The notes: generated by a model not told the origin, from the sequence alone. Counted from the first letter of the stretch, positions 39,539 to 49,688 are shown. The stretch is 64,000 bases of DNA from an uncultured Clostridia bacterium (GCA_934489015.1 CAKSSN010000002.1:138935-202934); one strand, 5' to 3'. Program-made: numbers and translations.

Positions 39539-40516
39539 TTATTTCGTTTTTCTTCCCTCATACATATCAAAAATAACATTCATAGCGTCACGTGCCTCCG
39601 ACAGCCTCAAAAAGCTGTCCGTTTTTCCCTCGCAATAATCGTAAAATTCGTTTATAACTATATCATGACCCGCTCCCCAATAGCTTTTTCCGGGTACAAT
39701 TGCACTGTCGCGGCAGATAATCTCCGCATTATCCTCAAAAATATCAAAAAGCATTCCGCTCATGTAATTTAAAACATGGCCGCTTTCAAAGGTGACCTCT
39801 ATTCGCGGCAAGGAGTTTTCCATAGCGCAGTTTGTAGCGTAAAAACAAGCTTCGGCACCGTTTTTCATTTTTATAACCGCATCGGCCGTGTCCTCCGCTT
39901 CTATAACGTCCGAAAGCTTTCTTGATGAAATTCCGCCCGTAAGACTCTCATAGCCGCCGCCCAGACAGCAAAGCAGATCAATAGTATGAACAGCCTGATT
40001 TATAAGCAGCGCTCCGCCCTCCGTTGCCCATTTTCCGCGCCAATCGTCCGACAAATAATATTCCTTCGTTCTGCTCCATGTCAAAAAGCCGCAAAGCTGC
40101 TTAATTCGTCCGTATTTTCCGCTGCCTGCAAGCTTTTTAAGCTCTGTAAAGCACGGATTTTTTCTGTTTTGCAGCATAATGCAAACGCGCTCGCTTCCCT
40201 CGCCGCTCATAAGAGCCTGCATTTCATCTCTCGTAATTCCGACAGGCTTTTCAAGCACAACATATTTCCCGGCTTTAAGAGCGCTCTTTGTCATCGGAAA
40301 ATGCAGATAATGAGGCGTGCATATATGAACTATGTCAAAGCTCCCGCGCAAAAGCGCTTCATCAAGCGATGTATATTTTTCGGCATTAAACCGCTCCATG
40401 CGCTCCCGTCTTATATCGCAGACAGCGGCTAAAGCGCCGCGCTTTTCAAGAGAAGCGACATGGATAGGTCCTATATTTCCGCATCCTGCAACACAACCTC
40501 TGAGCATATCAAACAA
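39539..40516 (-). CDS. Gfo/Idh/MocA-family oxidoreductase
   Basis: N-terminal Rossmann region (GCGNIGPIH), EKP motif (VVLEKPVG) and the C-terminal alpha/beta domain. Confidence 0.8.
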   Translation of the reverse strand: MFDMLRGCVAGCGNIGPIHVASLEKRGALAAVCDIRRERMERFNAEKYTSLDEALLRGSFDIVHICTPHYLHFPMTKSALKAGKYVVLEKPVGITRDEMQALMSGEGSERVCIMLQNRKNPCFTELKKLAGSGKYGRIKQLCGFLTWSRTKEYYLSDDWRGKWATEGGALLINQAVHTIDLLCCLGGGYESLTGGISSRKLSDVIEAEDTADAVIKMKNGAEACFYATNCAMENSLPRIEVTFESGHVLNYMSGMLFDIFEDNAEIICRDSAIVPGKSYWGAGHDIVINEFYDYCEGKTDSFLRLSEARDAMNVIFDMYEGRKTK

Positions 40517-41261
40517 AACCTTTCTTTGTCAGATTATTATAGCTTATTTTAAGACTTTCAAACGGATCACGCCTGCACACGTCCTGCTCAACAAATGCCG
40601 CCTGAACGCCGGACACGCGGCACGCGGAAATAATTTCGTCAAAATCGAGATTGCCCTCCATAACCTCCGCCATTTCTATCCGGAACATATTAACCGCAAA
40701 ATCCTTAAAATGAACTATCCTCGCGCGGCTTCCGAGATTTTTTATAAACTCTGCCGGATTTTGCGCCGCATACGCAAGCCAGTAAACATCCGCTATAAAA
40801 TCAAGGTCTGTTTCTTCCTTTAAATAATCAAAAACATATTTTCCGTCTATTTTCATAAACTCAAAGCAGTGGTTGTGATACGCAAGAGTAAGTCCGCTTT
40901 TTTTAAGCACGTCTGCCGCATTATTCATAACGCCGATAAATTCCTTTAAGCCCTCTTTGCTCAAAAGCTCACTCGGCATCGCTCCGAGTCCGCATATATC
41001 GCAGCCGAGCGCCTTGTGATACCTTATAACGCTTTCCAAATCGTTTTTATACTCATCATACGGCCTGTGAGTGCAAACAGGCTCTATATTGTATTTGCCG
41101 CATATTTGTCTGACACTTTCCGGAGCAATAGCTCCTATTCCCGACACCTGCACCGTTTTATAGCCTATTTCCGAGATTTTTTTCATTGACGCATCAAAGT
41201 CTTCTTCGCTTTTACAAAAATCCCTTATCGTAAAAAGCTGCGCCCCTATTCTGTTATCCAT
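40509..41261 (-). CDS. Sugar phosphate isomerase/epimerase (xylose isomerase-like TIM barrel)
   Basis: 250 aa of AP-endonuclease-2/xylose isomerase-like TIM type (LAYHNH, VHFKDF). 8-nt overlap with the downstream gene. Confidence 0.75.
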   Translation of the reverse strand: MDNRIGAQLFTIRDFCKSEEDFDASMKKISEIGYKTVQVSGIGAIAPESVRQICGKYNIEPVCTHRPYDEYKNDLESVIRYHKALGCDICGLGAMPSELLSKEGLKEFIGVMNNAADVLKKSGLTLAYHNHCFEFMKIDGKYVFDYLKEETDLDFIADVYWLAYAAQNPAEFIKNLGSRARIVHFKDFAVNMFRIEMAEVMEGNLDFDEIISACRVSGVQAAFVEQDVCRRDPFESLKISYNNLTKKGFV

Positions 41262-41279
41262 TTCAAAAAAACCTCCCCG

Positions 41280-42440
41280 TTAATACGTATTGTCCGTTGA
41301 AGCCGTTATTTGTATATCCTTTTTAACGACTTTGGAATTTTTAATTTTCTCCTCAAGCATATTATAAAACTCATCGTGCGGAAAATTTTGAACATCTGCC
41401 CAGCCGCCCGTCCATGCGGAGTAGTGGATAGCATTTGAAACGGTAAGTCCGCCTATTCCGTCATATCCCGGCGCGAGAAGCTCCGAGCCGGTAAGAAGCG
41501 CCTTTGTAAAATCGCGCAAAATAAGAATATGCCCCGAAGCATTTTCGCTTCCTGTCGGAATTTCACACCTCCAGCACTCCGGCCTGCCGAACACCTCTTT
41601 ATTTATCCGGTTAAACTCCCTCTCGGAAATCGTGTTTCTGTCAAACAAAAGTTTGCCGCCTTCAACAACAACGCGTCCCATATCGCAGGCAATTTCAAGC
41701 CTGTTTGTTCCCGGAGCTTCTCCGGTAGACGTTATATATGTTCCCGTCATGCCGTTTTCATATTCCATAAACGCCGTAACGTCGTCCTCAACTTCAATGT
41801 CATAATATTTCCCGAACGATACATGGCTCATAATTCTTTTCGGCATACCGAAAATCCATTGCCACAAATCGAGCTGATGCGGATTTTGATTTATCAGCGC
41901 GCCGCCGCCCTCTGTTTTCCACGTTGAGCGCCACGTGCAGCTGTCATGATAAAACTGTGGTCTGTACCAGTCGGTTATAATCCAGCTGACGCGCTTTATG
42001 CTTCCGAGCTCCCCGTCCTTAACAAGCTTTCTGAGCCTTTGATAAACAGGGTTTGTTCTCTGATTATACATTATTCCGAAAAGCTTTCCCGATTTTTTTG
42101 CCGCCTCGTTCATCTCGATAACCTGCTTTGTGTAAACTCCGGCAGGCTTTTCGGTTATAACGTTAAGTCCGTTTTCAAACGCGTCAATTGCAATCGGCGG
42201 ATGAGAATAATGCGGCACCGCTATTATGACCGCGTCAACAAGTCCGCTCGTTATCAGCTCGTGCGACGACTCAAACACGGGTACATCGGGATATTTCTCC
42301 TTTGCATATGCGCGCCTTGCCTCAGCAATATCGCAAATTGCCGCAAGCTCCATTTTTGGCACCGCACCCGAATATACGTTCGCCGCATGGGTTGAGCCCA
42401 TGTTTCCGAGTCCTATTACTCCAAATCTTACCTTTTCCAT
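41280..42440 (-). CDS. Gfo/Idh/MocA-family oxidoreductase
   Basis: MEKVRFGVIGLGNMG, ITEKPAG, TEGGGALINQNPHQLDL. Start set to ATG 42440. Confidence 0.85.
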   Translation of the reverse strand: MEKVRFGVIGLGNMGSTHAANVYSGAVPKMELAAICDIAEARRAYAKEKYPDVPVFESSHELITSGLVDAVIIAVPHYSHPPIAIDAFENGLNVITEKPAGVYTKQVIEMNEAAKKSGKLFGIMYNQRTNPVYQRLRKLVKDGELGSIKRVSWIITDWYRPQFYHDSCTWRSTWKTEGGGALINQNPHQLDLWQWIFGMPKRIMSHVSFGKYYDIEVEDDVTAFMEYENGMTGTYITSTGEAPGTNRLEIACDMGRVVVEGGKLLFDRNTISEREFNRINKEVFGRPECWRCEIPTGSENASGHILILRDFTKALLTGSELLAPGYDGIGGLTVSNAIHYSAWTGGWADVQNFPHDEFYNMLEEKIKNSKVVKKDIQITASTDNTY

Positions 42441-42525
42441 TTTTATAACCATTCCTTTCTATGCCGTAAGGCACAAAATTTAAGCCTTCAAGCAAAAAGC
42501 TGTGCTATGGCTTTTTTCCGCTTTA

Positions 42526-43371
42526 TTAAAATTCATTTAATATGTTTTTCAGCGCCGAATATGCTGTTTCAAATCTTTCAAACGGCGAAAGCGCGCTTTT
42601 CTTAAATTCTGTTTTTCCGTCCTCAAGCTCCGAAAATCCCGCAAAGTCACCCAAATGCGGCTCAAGGCTCAAAAATCCCTCGTATCCGTTTTCAAAAAGC
42701 TTTTTCAAAACAGCTGCGACATTTCCAACGCCATAGCCGCACGGCACAACCTCGCCGTTTTCCTTTGCGTCCTTTATATGTACATATTCTATATACGGCA
42801 AGAGCTTTTCGTAAGCGTCGGGATATACCCTCTGCCCCACCTGCACAAAGTTTGCAAAATCAAACACCGCACGCAGCGCATTTGAATTAACGCTTCTTAA
42901 AATATCGGCGCATCTTTCGGCATTATCGCCGTAAATACCCTTTTCGTTTTCATGAAGCAAAACAAAGCCGCGCTCTTCGGCAAGCTCCGTCATGCGCTTC
43001 ATGCGGGCGATAACCTCTTCTCTGCTGTTTTCGTATTCGCCGTTTACATAAAAGCTGAACACGCGGATATACCGCGTTTTTAAAATTTCGGCAATATCCA
43101 TCACATGAGATAAAAGCTTCATATGAGCTTCAAAATCATCGTTTATATTAATTTTGCCTATCGGTGAGCCTATGGAGGATACGCATACGGAGCATTCGTC
43201 CATTTTCCCTTTAAGCTCCCTTGCTTTGCCGAGCGTAATTTCGGATATATTTTCTCCGTCAACGCCGCGCACCTCAAAATATTCTATACCGAGCCTTTTA
43301 ATGCCCTCAAACTGTTCATCAATATCAGAACTTATTTCATCGGAAAACCCCGAAATTGTAAATTTACTCAA
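42526..43371 (-). CDS. Sugar phosphate isomerase/epimerase (xylose isomerase-like TIM barrel)
   Basis: TTG start behind GAGGGAG. Contains LLHENE, VHIKDA and SLEPH, typical of this fold. Confidence 0.75.
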   Translation of the reverse strand: MSKFTISGFSDEISSDIDEQFEGIKRLGIEYFEVRGVDGENISEITLGKARELKGKMDECSVCVSSIGSPIGKININDDFEAHMKLLSHVMDIAEILKTRYIRVFSFYVNGEYENSREEVIARMKRMTELAEERGFVLLHENEKGIYGDNAERCADILRSVNSNALRAVFDFANFVQVGQRVYPDAYEKLLPYIEYVHIKDAKENGEVVPCGYGVGNVAAVLKKLFENGYEGFLSLEPHLGDFAGFSELEDGKTEFKKSALSPFERFETAYSALKNILNEF

Positions 43372-43510
43372 AATACAACACTCCCTCTTTCTCTTTTTTT
43401 AATAATATCACAATTTTTGCGCATTTTCATTGTTATAATTGATAAATATATTGAAAAAATTGATTTTGCATGATATACTGTATTTAATAAAAAAATTGAG
43501 GTACAGACTT

Positions 43511-44365
43511 ATGGATGAAAAGGTTTTCAGAAAAAAAGTTACCGGAAGAAATTACGAATATCTTCACTCAAAAACATACGAGAGTATGAATGACAGATTT
43601 TTTCTGCACAATCATAACGATATGTTTGAAACGCTGCTTTTTATATCCGGAAAAGCAAGCTTTGCCGTTGAAGGCTCTACCTACAGCATGAAAAGCGGGA
43701 ATATAATGATAGTAAACCCTAACGAAATGCACAGAATGACGGTTGATTTTTCGCAGCCGTATGAGCGCATAGTACTTATGACAAGCAAGGATTTTTACAG
43801 CGATAAAAAGGAGCCTGTTTTGCCGCACAGAAAATCGGGTGAAAACAACGTTATAAATATATCGGATTTTGACAGAAAAATTATTTTTGATATATGCAAA
43901 AAAATAGAATACTACTCCGACAGCTTTTCAGACAGCGAAATTAAAAGCGCAATACTTGAAAATCTTGTAACGGAGATAATATATGTGCTCGGCTGCGCAA
44001 AGCACACAAGCGTTGAAGCGGCGCAGGATGATGAGCGAATGAAAAACATAATAGCCTATATAAACGATAATCTCGGCGAAAAGTTAAGCCTTGAAATAAT
44101 TGCTGCAAAGTTTTTTATAAACAAATATCATCTTTGCCGCATTTTTAAGGCAAGCACCGGCATGACGGTCTGGAAATACATAAACTACAAGCGTCTGCTG
44201 CTTGCAAACGAGCTTCACTCACAGGGAAAAAGCCTGACAGACGCCTGCTTTTCCGCAGGCTTTGAAAATTATTCAACCTTTTATAAGCTTTATAAGGGCT
44301 TTACCGGCGACTGCCCCCGACGCGGCGGAAATATAATAATGCAAAAGCCGCACAAAAACCAATAA
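43511..44365 (+). CDS. AraC-family transcriptional regulator (cupin sensor plus HTH)
   Basis: Divergent from the operon. C-terminal double HTH (KYHLCRIFKASTGMTVWKYINYKRL, GFENYSTFYKLYKGFTG). Start ATG 43511 behind GAGG. Confidence 0.85.
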   Translation: MDEKVFRKKVTGRNYEYLHSKTYESMNDRFFLHNHNDMFETLLFISGKASFAVEGSTYSMKSGNIMIVNPNEMHRMTVDFSQPYERIVLMTSKDFYSDKKEPVLPHRKSGENNVINISDFDRKIIFDICKKIEYYSDSFSDSEIKSAILENLVTEIIYVLGCAKHTSVEAAQDDERMKNIIAYINDNLGEKLSLEIIAAKFFINKYHLCRIFKASTGMTVWKYINYKRLLLANELHSQGKSLTDACFSAGFENYSTFYKLYKGFTGDCPRRGGNIIMQKPHKNQ

Positions 44366-44765
44366 TAACGCCGATAAAATCTATAAACACGTCCGTAACG
44401 AGCGACGCTCTTCCGGGAGATAAAAGCTGAATTGCCTCATCGGTGCAAGCCGTCAGCAAGCCGCAAAGGAGCGTCGCAGGTGCCTTTTCCCACAGGCTAA
44501 ATCCGAGAGAGCGTAAAAATAGGCTCACCAAAAAAGCCTGAAGTGCAAATTCGCTGACGTGCGCCGCCTTTCTGACAATTACCGTCAGACTGCCGACAAA
44601 CGACTCGTTTACATCGGCACCGAGCGACTTTGCGGCATTTTTTATTATATCTACAATTACACTGCTGTCCTTAGACGACAGCTGCGCACTTTTGAGCGAG
44701 TTTGAAAAAATAAATATTGTTGCAAGTATTGAAAGTATTAAAAATATTATCTGCTTTCTTTTCAT
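44301..44765 (-). CDS. VanZ-like membrane protein
   Basis: Four TM segments and a HVSEFALQ motif. Start ATG 44765 (MKRKQIIFLILSIL). Confidence 0.7.
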   Translation of the reverse strand: MKRKQIIFLILSILATIFIFSNSLKSAQLSSKDSSVIVDIIKNAAKSLGADVNESFVGSLTVIVRKAAHVSEFALQAFLVSLFLRSLGFSLWEKAPATLLCGLLTACTDEAIQLLSPGRASLVTDVFIDFIGVIIGFCAAFALLYFRRVGGSRR

Positions 44766-44901
44766 AAAATCACCGCTAATATTATATATTATCCGTAAAA
44801 TTTTTTCAAGCATATTTCAAAAAAATTTACAATTAGAGCACTTGACATAAACATATTTAACAATTATGTAACATTTTCATATTTTTTTAATATTTGTGCT
44901 G

Positions 44902-44930
44902 TTGACTTTTCGCGTATTTTAATGTATTAT
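44902..44930 (+). promoter_or_regulatory. Promoter for ruvA-ruvB-amidase-queA
   Basis: TTGACT-17 nt-TATTAT. Confidence 0.5.
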
Positions 44931-44972
44931 ATATAATAGAGAAGTTTTTTTAACTTGCGAAAGGATAAAAAT

Positions 44973-45563
44973 ATGTTTAATTATATAAAGGGTACTTATA
45001 TTTCGTCGGGAAGCGGCTATGTCGTAATAGAAAACGGCGGTATAGGCTACACCGTTTTTACTTCACTTAATACCATAGGAAGGCTCAGCGATACAGAAGA
45101 GGTAAAGCTCTATACATATCTGTATCTCAGAGAAGGAATAATGGATTTGTACGGCTTTGCGACCGAAGAGGAAAAAACAATGTTTTTAAATCTTATATCA
45201 ATATCGGGAGTCGGACCTAAGGCGGCTGTTGCAATACTGTCGGTTGCGCCGCCGGAGAAAATAGCGCTTGCCATATTAACGGGCGACTATAAGCTTATTC
45301 AAAAGGCGCAGGGCGTCGGGCTTAAAGTGTCGCAAAGGGTTGTTATGGAGCTTAAGGACAAGCTTAAAAACACAATTGACACATCAAGTCTTTCGGATGA
45401 GGATATTCCTGAAGTATTCACAGGCGGCAGGCTTGAAGAGGCGCTCGGTGCGCTTATCGTTCTCGGCTACTCGGAGCAGGAAGCGAAAAAAGCTCTGTCG
45501 GGCGCCGACGAAACCAAATCAACGGAGGAAATCATAAAGGGCGCACTAAAAGCTCTTCTTTAA
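44973..45563 (+). CDS. ruvA: Holliday junction DNA helicase RuvA
   Basis: MFNYIKGTY...GIGYTVF...ISGVGPKAAVAIL. ATG 44973. Confidence 0.95.
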   Translation: MFNYIKGTYISSGSGYVVIENGGIGYTVFTSLNTIGRLSDTEEVKLYTYLYLREGIMDLYGFATEEEKTMFLNLISISGVGPKAAVAILSVAPPEKIALAILTGDYKLIQKAQGVGLKVSQRVVMELKDKLKNTIDTSSLSDEDIPEVFTGGRLEEALGALIVLGYSEQEAKKALSGADETKSTEEIIKGALKALL

Positions 45564-45589
45564 CTTTATTTTGGAAATGGGGACTTTAA

Positions 45590-46621
45590 TTGTTTAACGA
45601 CGAGGAAGACAGAATACTTACAAGCGGATTTATTTCCGAAGACGCGGAAATTGAAACAGGTCTGCGCCCGAAAAGGCTTGAAGAATACATAGGTCAAAAC
45701 AAGGTTAAGGATAACCTTTCAATTTATATAAAGGCGGCACTTGAGCGGCGCGAAGCGCTTGACCATGTTCTTCTGCACGGCCCTCCGGGGCTCGGAAAAA
45801 CAACGCTTGCCGGAATTATAGCCAACGAAATGGGCGTAAACATAAGAATAACAAGCGGACCGGCAATTGAAAAGGCAGGAGATCTGGCGGCAATACTTAC
45901 AAATCTTTCGGAGCATGATATATTGTTTATAGATGAAATTCACCGCATGTCAAAAACGGTTGAAGAGATTTTATATCCGGCAATGGAGGACTATGCGCTC
46001 GATATTATAATCGGAAAAGGGCCGTCGGCAAGATCAATAAGGCTTGATTTGCCGAAATTTACGCTTATCGGCGCAACAACGCGCGTGGGACTTCTCTCCG
46101 CGCCGCTGCGTGACCGTTTCGGCGTAATAGAGCGGCTGGAGCTTTATAAAAAGGAAGACCTTGAAACAATCGTAAAGCGCTCCGCAGGGCTTCTTGACGT
46201 TGAAATAGACGAAAGCGGAGCGGCGGAAATCGCTTCACGCTCACGCGGAACGCCGCGAATTGCAAACAGATTTTTAAAAAGAGTGCGCGACTTTGCGCAG
46301 GTAAAATACGACGGAAAAATTACTAAACAGGCAGCGGATGACGCTCTTAAAAGCATGGAGGTTGACAGGCTCGGTCTTGACAGCACCGACCATAAAATGC
46401 TAAGAACGATGATTTTCACCTTCGGCGGCGGACCCGTAGGGCTTGAAACCCTTGCCGCCACAATCGGTGAAGAGCCGTCAACTCTTGAGGACGTATATGA
46501 GCCTTATCTTCTGCAAATCGGATTTATAACAAGGACTCCGCGCGGAAGAATGGCAACAGACGCGGCTTTTGAGCATCTGGGAATTGCACGTGCGAATGAC
46601 GAAGAGGTGCAGAAGCAATGA
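45590..46621 (+). CDS. ruvB: Holliday junction DNA helicase RuvB
   Basis: Walker [10 protein letters not shown], Walker B LFIDEIHR and sensor RTPRGR. TTG start. Confidence 0.95.
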   Translation: MFNDEEDRILTSGFISEDAEIETGLRPKRLEEYIGQNKVKDNLSIYIKAALERREALDHVLLHGPPGLGKTTLAGIIANEMGVNIRITSGPAIEKAGDLAAILTNLSEHDILFIDEIHRMSKTVEEILYPAMEDYALDIIIGKGPSARSIRLDLPKFTLIGATTRVGLLSAPLRDRFGVIERLELYKKEDLETIVKRSAGLLDVEIDESGAAEIASRSRGTPRIANRFLKRVRDFAQVKYDGKITKQAADDALKSMEVDRLGLDSTDHKMLRTMIFTFGGGPVGLETLAATIGEEPSTLEDVYEPYLLQIGFITRTPRGRMATDAAFEHLGIARANDEEVQKQ

Positions 46622-48234
46622 AAAAGAAAATCATATTTTTCATCATATGCTTATCAATGTTTTTTCAGCAGTGCGCAAGCGCACTCACAATACAGTATGA
46701 CGGAAAAACAACCGAATATACAGGCTCTGTCTTTAAGCTTGCGGTAAACGGGAAATACCCTGCTTTGCCGCTTGCGCCGATAATTTTTAACGACCGAGCA
46801 CTTGTGCCGGTACGTGAAATTTTTGAAACGCTCGGCGCTAAGGTTATTTATGAGGAAAAAACAAAAAGCATTGATATTTCATATTATGACAATAACGTAA
46901 CGCTTTACATAGGCAAAAGCTTTGCTTATATAAACGGGAAGAAAACAAATATCCCGGACGGCGTTGCACCGAAATTAATAAACGAGGTCGGTCAGCCGGC
47001 AAAAACAATGGTTCCGGTCAGATTTATTTCCGAAAGCCTGAACTTTAATGTTGATTTCAGGGACGATACAATTTTTGTATCAAACGGAGATGATGAGGAC
47101 AATGTTGCAGCCGCTCCGACCCCTAAGCCGACAGCTGCGCCGTCACAAATACAAACGCCGCAGTCGAATGCGGAAATTACCGGTCTTTCATATTCTGTAA
47201 GCGGAAACACACTGACGGCGAAGCTTTTGACAACGCAAAGAGTAAATACGCCGAAAAGCTTTTCTCTGTCAAACCCCACACGGCTTGTTATGGACGTGCC
47301 GGGCGCAATTGTCAAAACAGCTTCAAATTCCTATGAGGTAAATTCGGCAGGTGTGTCCAAAATAAGGCTCGGCTATGATGAAGAGCGCGCAAGAGTAGTA
47401 TTTGACTGCGAAAAAGAAGGTACAATAAACATAACCGTAAACGACTATTCCGTTACCGTTACGGTTTCCGGCGCGGGCTCCTCTTCCCCGACCTCAACAG
47501 CTTCTCCGGCTCAGCCGACGCCAAAGCCGTCAACAGATACATCGGGAGGAAGCATAACAAAAATTCCTACAGCCTCATATGAAAACTCCGCAAAGCTTAT
47601 CGTAATCGACGCCGGTCACGGCGGCTCGGACGCCGGAGCTAACAGAGATTATGACGGCTCAAGGCTCAACGAAAAGGATCTTACGCTTTCAATGGCGATT
47701 AAAACACGCGATATATTAAAAAGCAAGGGATATAACGTGCAGCTCACACGCGAAAGCGACACTTACCCCACGCTTACCGCAAGGGCGCAGTTTGCAAATG
47801 ACGCAAACGCGGCAATATTTGTGAGCATACATATAAACTCCGCCGAAAACACGGAAGCCTACGGAACGGAGGTTTATTACTCGTCAATTAATAACGCGCT
47901 CGATTACGGCGTTAAAAGCAGTACGCTTGCAAAGGCGCTGCTCGATAACCTTATTGCAAATCTCGGCTCAAGAAACAGAGGTGTAAAATCGGCAAATCAC
48001 CTTGTTACGCGCACCTCGCTCATGCCTGCGTCACTCGTTGAAATAGGCTTTATTTCAAACGAAGAGGAAGCTAAAAAAATGATGTCGGACGAATATCAGC
48101 AAAAAGCAGCTTCCGCAATCGCAAGCGGAATAATCAGCACGCTCCAGAGCGTTGAAATTCCGTCCGAAGCAAAGCGCGCGGAGCTTTCCGAGCAGAGAAA
48201 GAAAGATATAGAAGAATGGGAGAAAACACGATAA
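46618..48234 (+). CDS. N-acetylmuramoyl-L-alanine amidase (stalk/Cu-amine-oxidase-N-like domain, AMIN-like domain, Amidase_3)
   Basis: Signal peptide. Amidase_3 core [15 protein letters not shown]...FVSIHINS...[17 protein letters not shown] overlap with ruvB. The stop lies 1 nt before queA. Confidence 0.85.
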   Translation: MKKKIIFFIICLSMFFQQCASALTIQYDGKTTEYTGSVFKLAVNGKYPALPLAPIIFNDRALVPVREIFETLGAKVIYEEKTKSIDISYYDNNVTLYIGKSFAYINGKKTNIPDGVAPKLINEVGQPAKTMVPVRFISESLNFNVDFRDDTIFVSNGDDEDNVAAAPTPKPTAAPSQIQTPQSNAEITGLSYSVSGNTLTAKLLTTQRVNTPKSFSLSNPTRLVMDVPGAIVKTASNSYEVNSAGVSKIRLGYDEERARVVFDCEKEGTINITVNDYSVTVTVSGAGSSSPTSTASPAQPTPKPSTDTSGGSITKIPTASYENSAKLIVIDAGHGGSDAGANRDYDGSRLNEKDLTLSMAIKTRDILKSKGYNVQLTRESDTYPTLTARAQFANDANAAIFVSIHINSAENTEAYGTEVYYSSINNALDYGVKSSTLAKALLDNLIANLGSRNRGVKSANHLVTRTSLMPASLVEIGFISNEEEAKKMMSDEYQQKAASAIASGIISTLQSVEIPSEAKRAELSEQRKKDIEEWEKTR

Positions 48235-48235
48235 A

Positions 48236-49261
48236 ATGAAAAGAAGCGAATTTTACTATGAGCTTCCCGAAGAGCTCATTGCACAGGAGCCGCTAAAGGA
48301 CAGAAGCGCCTCGCGGCTGATGATATTAAACAAAGAAACGGGCGAAACGGCACATAAGCATTTTTACGATATTGCAGATGAGCTGAAAGCGGGCGACACG
48401 CTTATTCTTAATGATACAAAGGTTATACCGGCAAGGCTTTACGGCAGAAGAGAAGATACCGGAAGCCCGATTGAGTTTCTGCTTCTAAACAAAAAGTCGC
48501 TTACCGACTGGGAAGTTATTTTAAAGCCGGGCAAGCGTGCAAAGCCGGGTCACAGATTTGTTTTCGGAAACGGCGAGCTGAAAGCGGAGGTGCTTGACAT
48601 TGTAAATGAGGGTAACAGAATTGTCAGATTTGAATATGACGGCGTTTTTGAAGATATTTTAAATCGTCTTGGTGAAATGCCTCTGCCTCATTATATAACG
48701 CATAAGCTTGAAGACCCGAACCGCTACCAAACCGTTTACGCAAAGCATGACGGCTCGGCGGCAGCACCGACGGCAGGACTTCACTTTACAAAGGAATTGC
48801 TTGAAAAAATAAAGGAAAAAGGCGTAAACATCGGATATGTAACACTCCATGTCGGGCTCGGAACATTTCGCCCGGTAAAAGCAGATGAAATAACGGATCA
48901 TAAAATGCATTCCGAATTTTATATCATAACGCAGGAAACGGCCGACCTCGTTAATAAAACAAAGGAGCAGGGCGGCAGAGTTATATCGGTCGGAACAACC
49001 GCAACGCGTGTGCTTGAAACGGTCGGCCAAAACGGGCTGCCGATTAAGGAGTCGAGCGGCTGGACAAATATATTTATATATCCGGGCAAAAAATTTAACG
49101 TAATCGACGCGCTTATAACTAATTTCCATCTGCCTGAATCAACGCTTATAATGCTCGTAAGCGCTCTCGCCGGCAGGGAAAATGTTTTAAACGCGTATAA
49201 TGAAGCCGTAAAGGAGAAATATCGGTTTTTCTCTTTCGGTGACGCGATGTTTATATGTTAA
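48236..49261 (+). CDS. queA: S-adenosylmethionine:tRNA ribosyltransferase-isomerase
   Basis: [20 protein letters not shown], and [16 protein letters not shown]. Confidence 0.95.
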   Translation: MKRSEFYYELPEELIAQEPLKDRSASRLMILNKETGETAHKHFYDIADELKAGDTLILNDTKVIPARLYGRREDTGSPIEFLLLNKKSLTDWEVILKPGKRAKPGHRFVFGNGELKAEVLDIVNEGNRIVRFEYDGVFEDILNRLGEMPLPHYITHKLEDPNRYQTVYAKHDGSAAAPTAGLHFTKELLEKIKEKGVNIGYVTLHVGLGTFRPVKADEITDHKMHSEFYIITQETADLVNKTKEQGGRVISVGTTATRVLETVGQNGLPIKESSGWTNIFIYPGKKFNVIDALITNFHLPESTLIMLVSALAGRENVLNAYNEAVKEKYRFFSFGDAMFIC

Positions 49262-49274
49262 TATTATAACCCTT

Positions 49275-49308
49275 ACCAATCGGTATAAAAACGCCGATTG
49301 GTATTTTA
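49275..49308 (+). terminator. Intrinsic terminator after queA
   Basis: ACCAATCGG / CCGATTGGT stem followed by ATTTTAAT. Confidence 0.7.
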
Positions 49309-49324
49309 ATATGATAAAAAACTA

Positions 49325-49353
49325 TTGACAATATGGGATAAATCATATATAAT
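49325..49353 (+). promoter_or_regulatory. Consensus promoter P1 (orphan)
   Basis: TTGACA-17 nt-TATAAT with an A/T-rich upstream flank. Confidence 0.6.
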
Positions 49354-49359
49354 ATATTA

Positions 49360-49607
49360 ACTGATATGACACCCGACGGATAAATTGAAACTCAAAACAC
49401 CAATAAAATAACTAAAGCTTGCTGCGACGTTTGGCTGACGGTATGGAAATGGTATTAAATCTTGAATTTGTTCGGCCAACATCAAGACAATAATACTCCG
49501 ACCGGAATAAAACCTGATATAATTAAACACAATCAGATGATGTTAAAAGCATTTAAATAATATCATATGTACGGATGAGCTATAGATATTTCTATAGCTC
49601 TGTTTTT
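49360..49607 (+). ncRNA. Candidate ~250-nt non-coding RNA (P1 to intrinsic terminator), family unknown
   Basis: No ORF longer than 16 codons and none with an SD. Ends in GAGCTATAG-ATATTT-CTATAGCTC followed by TGTTTTT (49577..49607). The 5' end is inferred from the promoter only. Confidence 0.4.
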
Positions 49608-49609
49608 AC

Positions 49610-49688
49610 AAAAAAATAAGCAAATTAATAGGGAGCCTTTTACAGCTCCCTATCAGCAACTCAGATTGAGTTTGCCGGAATATTTAAC
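49610..49688 (-). ncRNA. Candidate short RNA (~80 nt) from promoter P2
   Basis: Minus-strand hairpins AACTCA-ATC-TGAGTT and TAGGGAGC-N8-GCTCCCTA (49629..49652), followed by a T-rich tail. Confidence 0.3.

Noticed and set aside
49360-49607. I considered whether the P1 RNA is 6S RNA, a riboswitch/T-box, or a type III antitoxin repeat array.
   Set aside because: The 5' and 3' ends do not form the long closing helix of 6S RNA. No T-box or other riboswitch core motifs were recognised and there is no downstream gene. The repeats are too divergent and no toxin gene follows. It is left as unknown.
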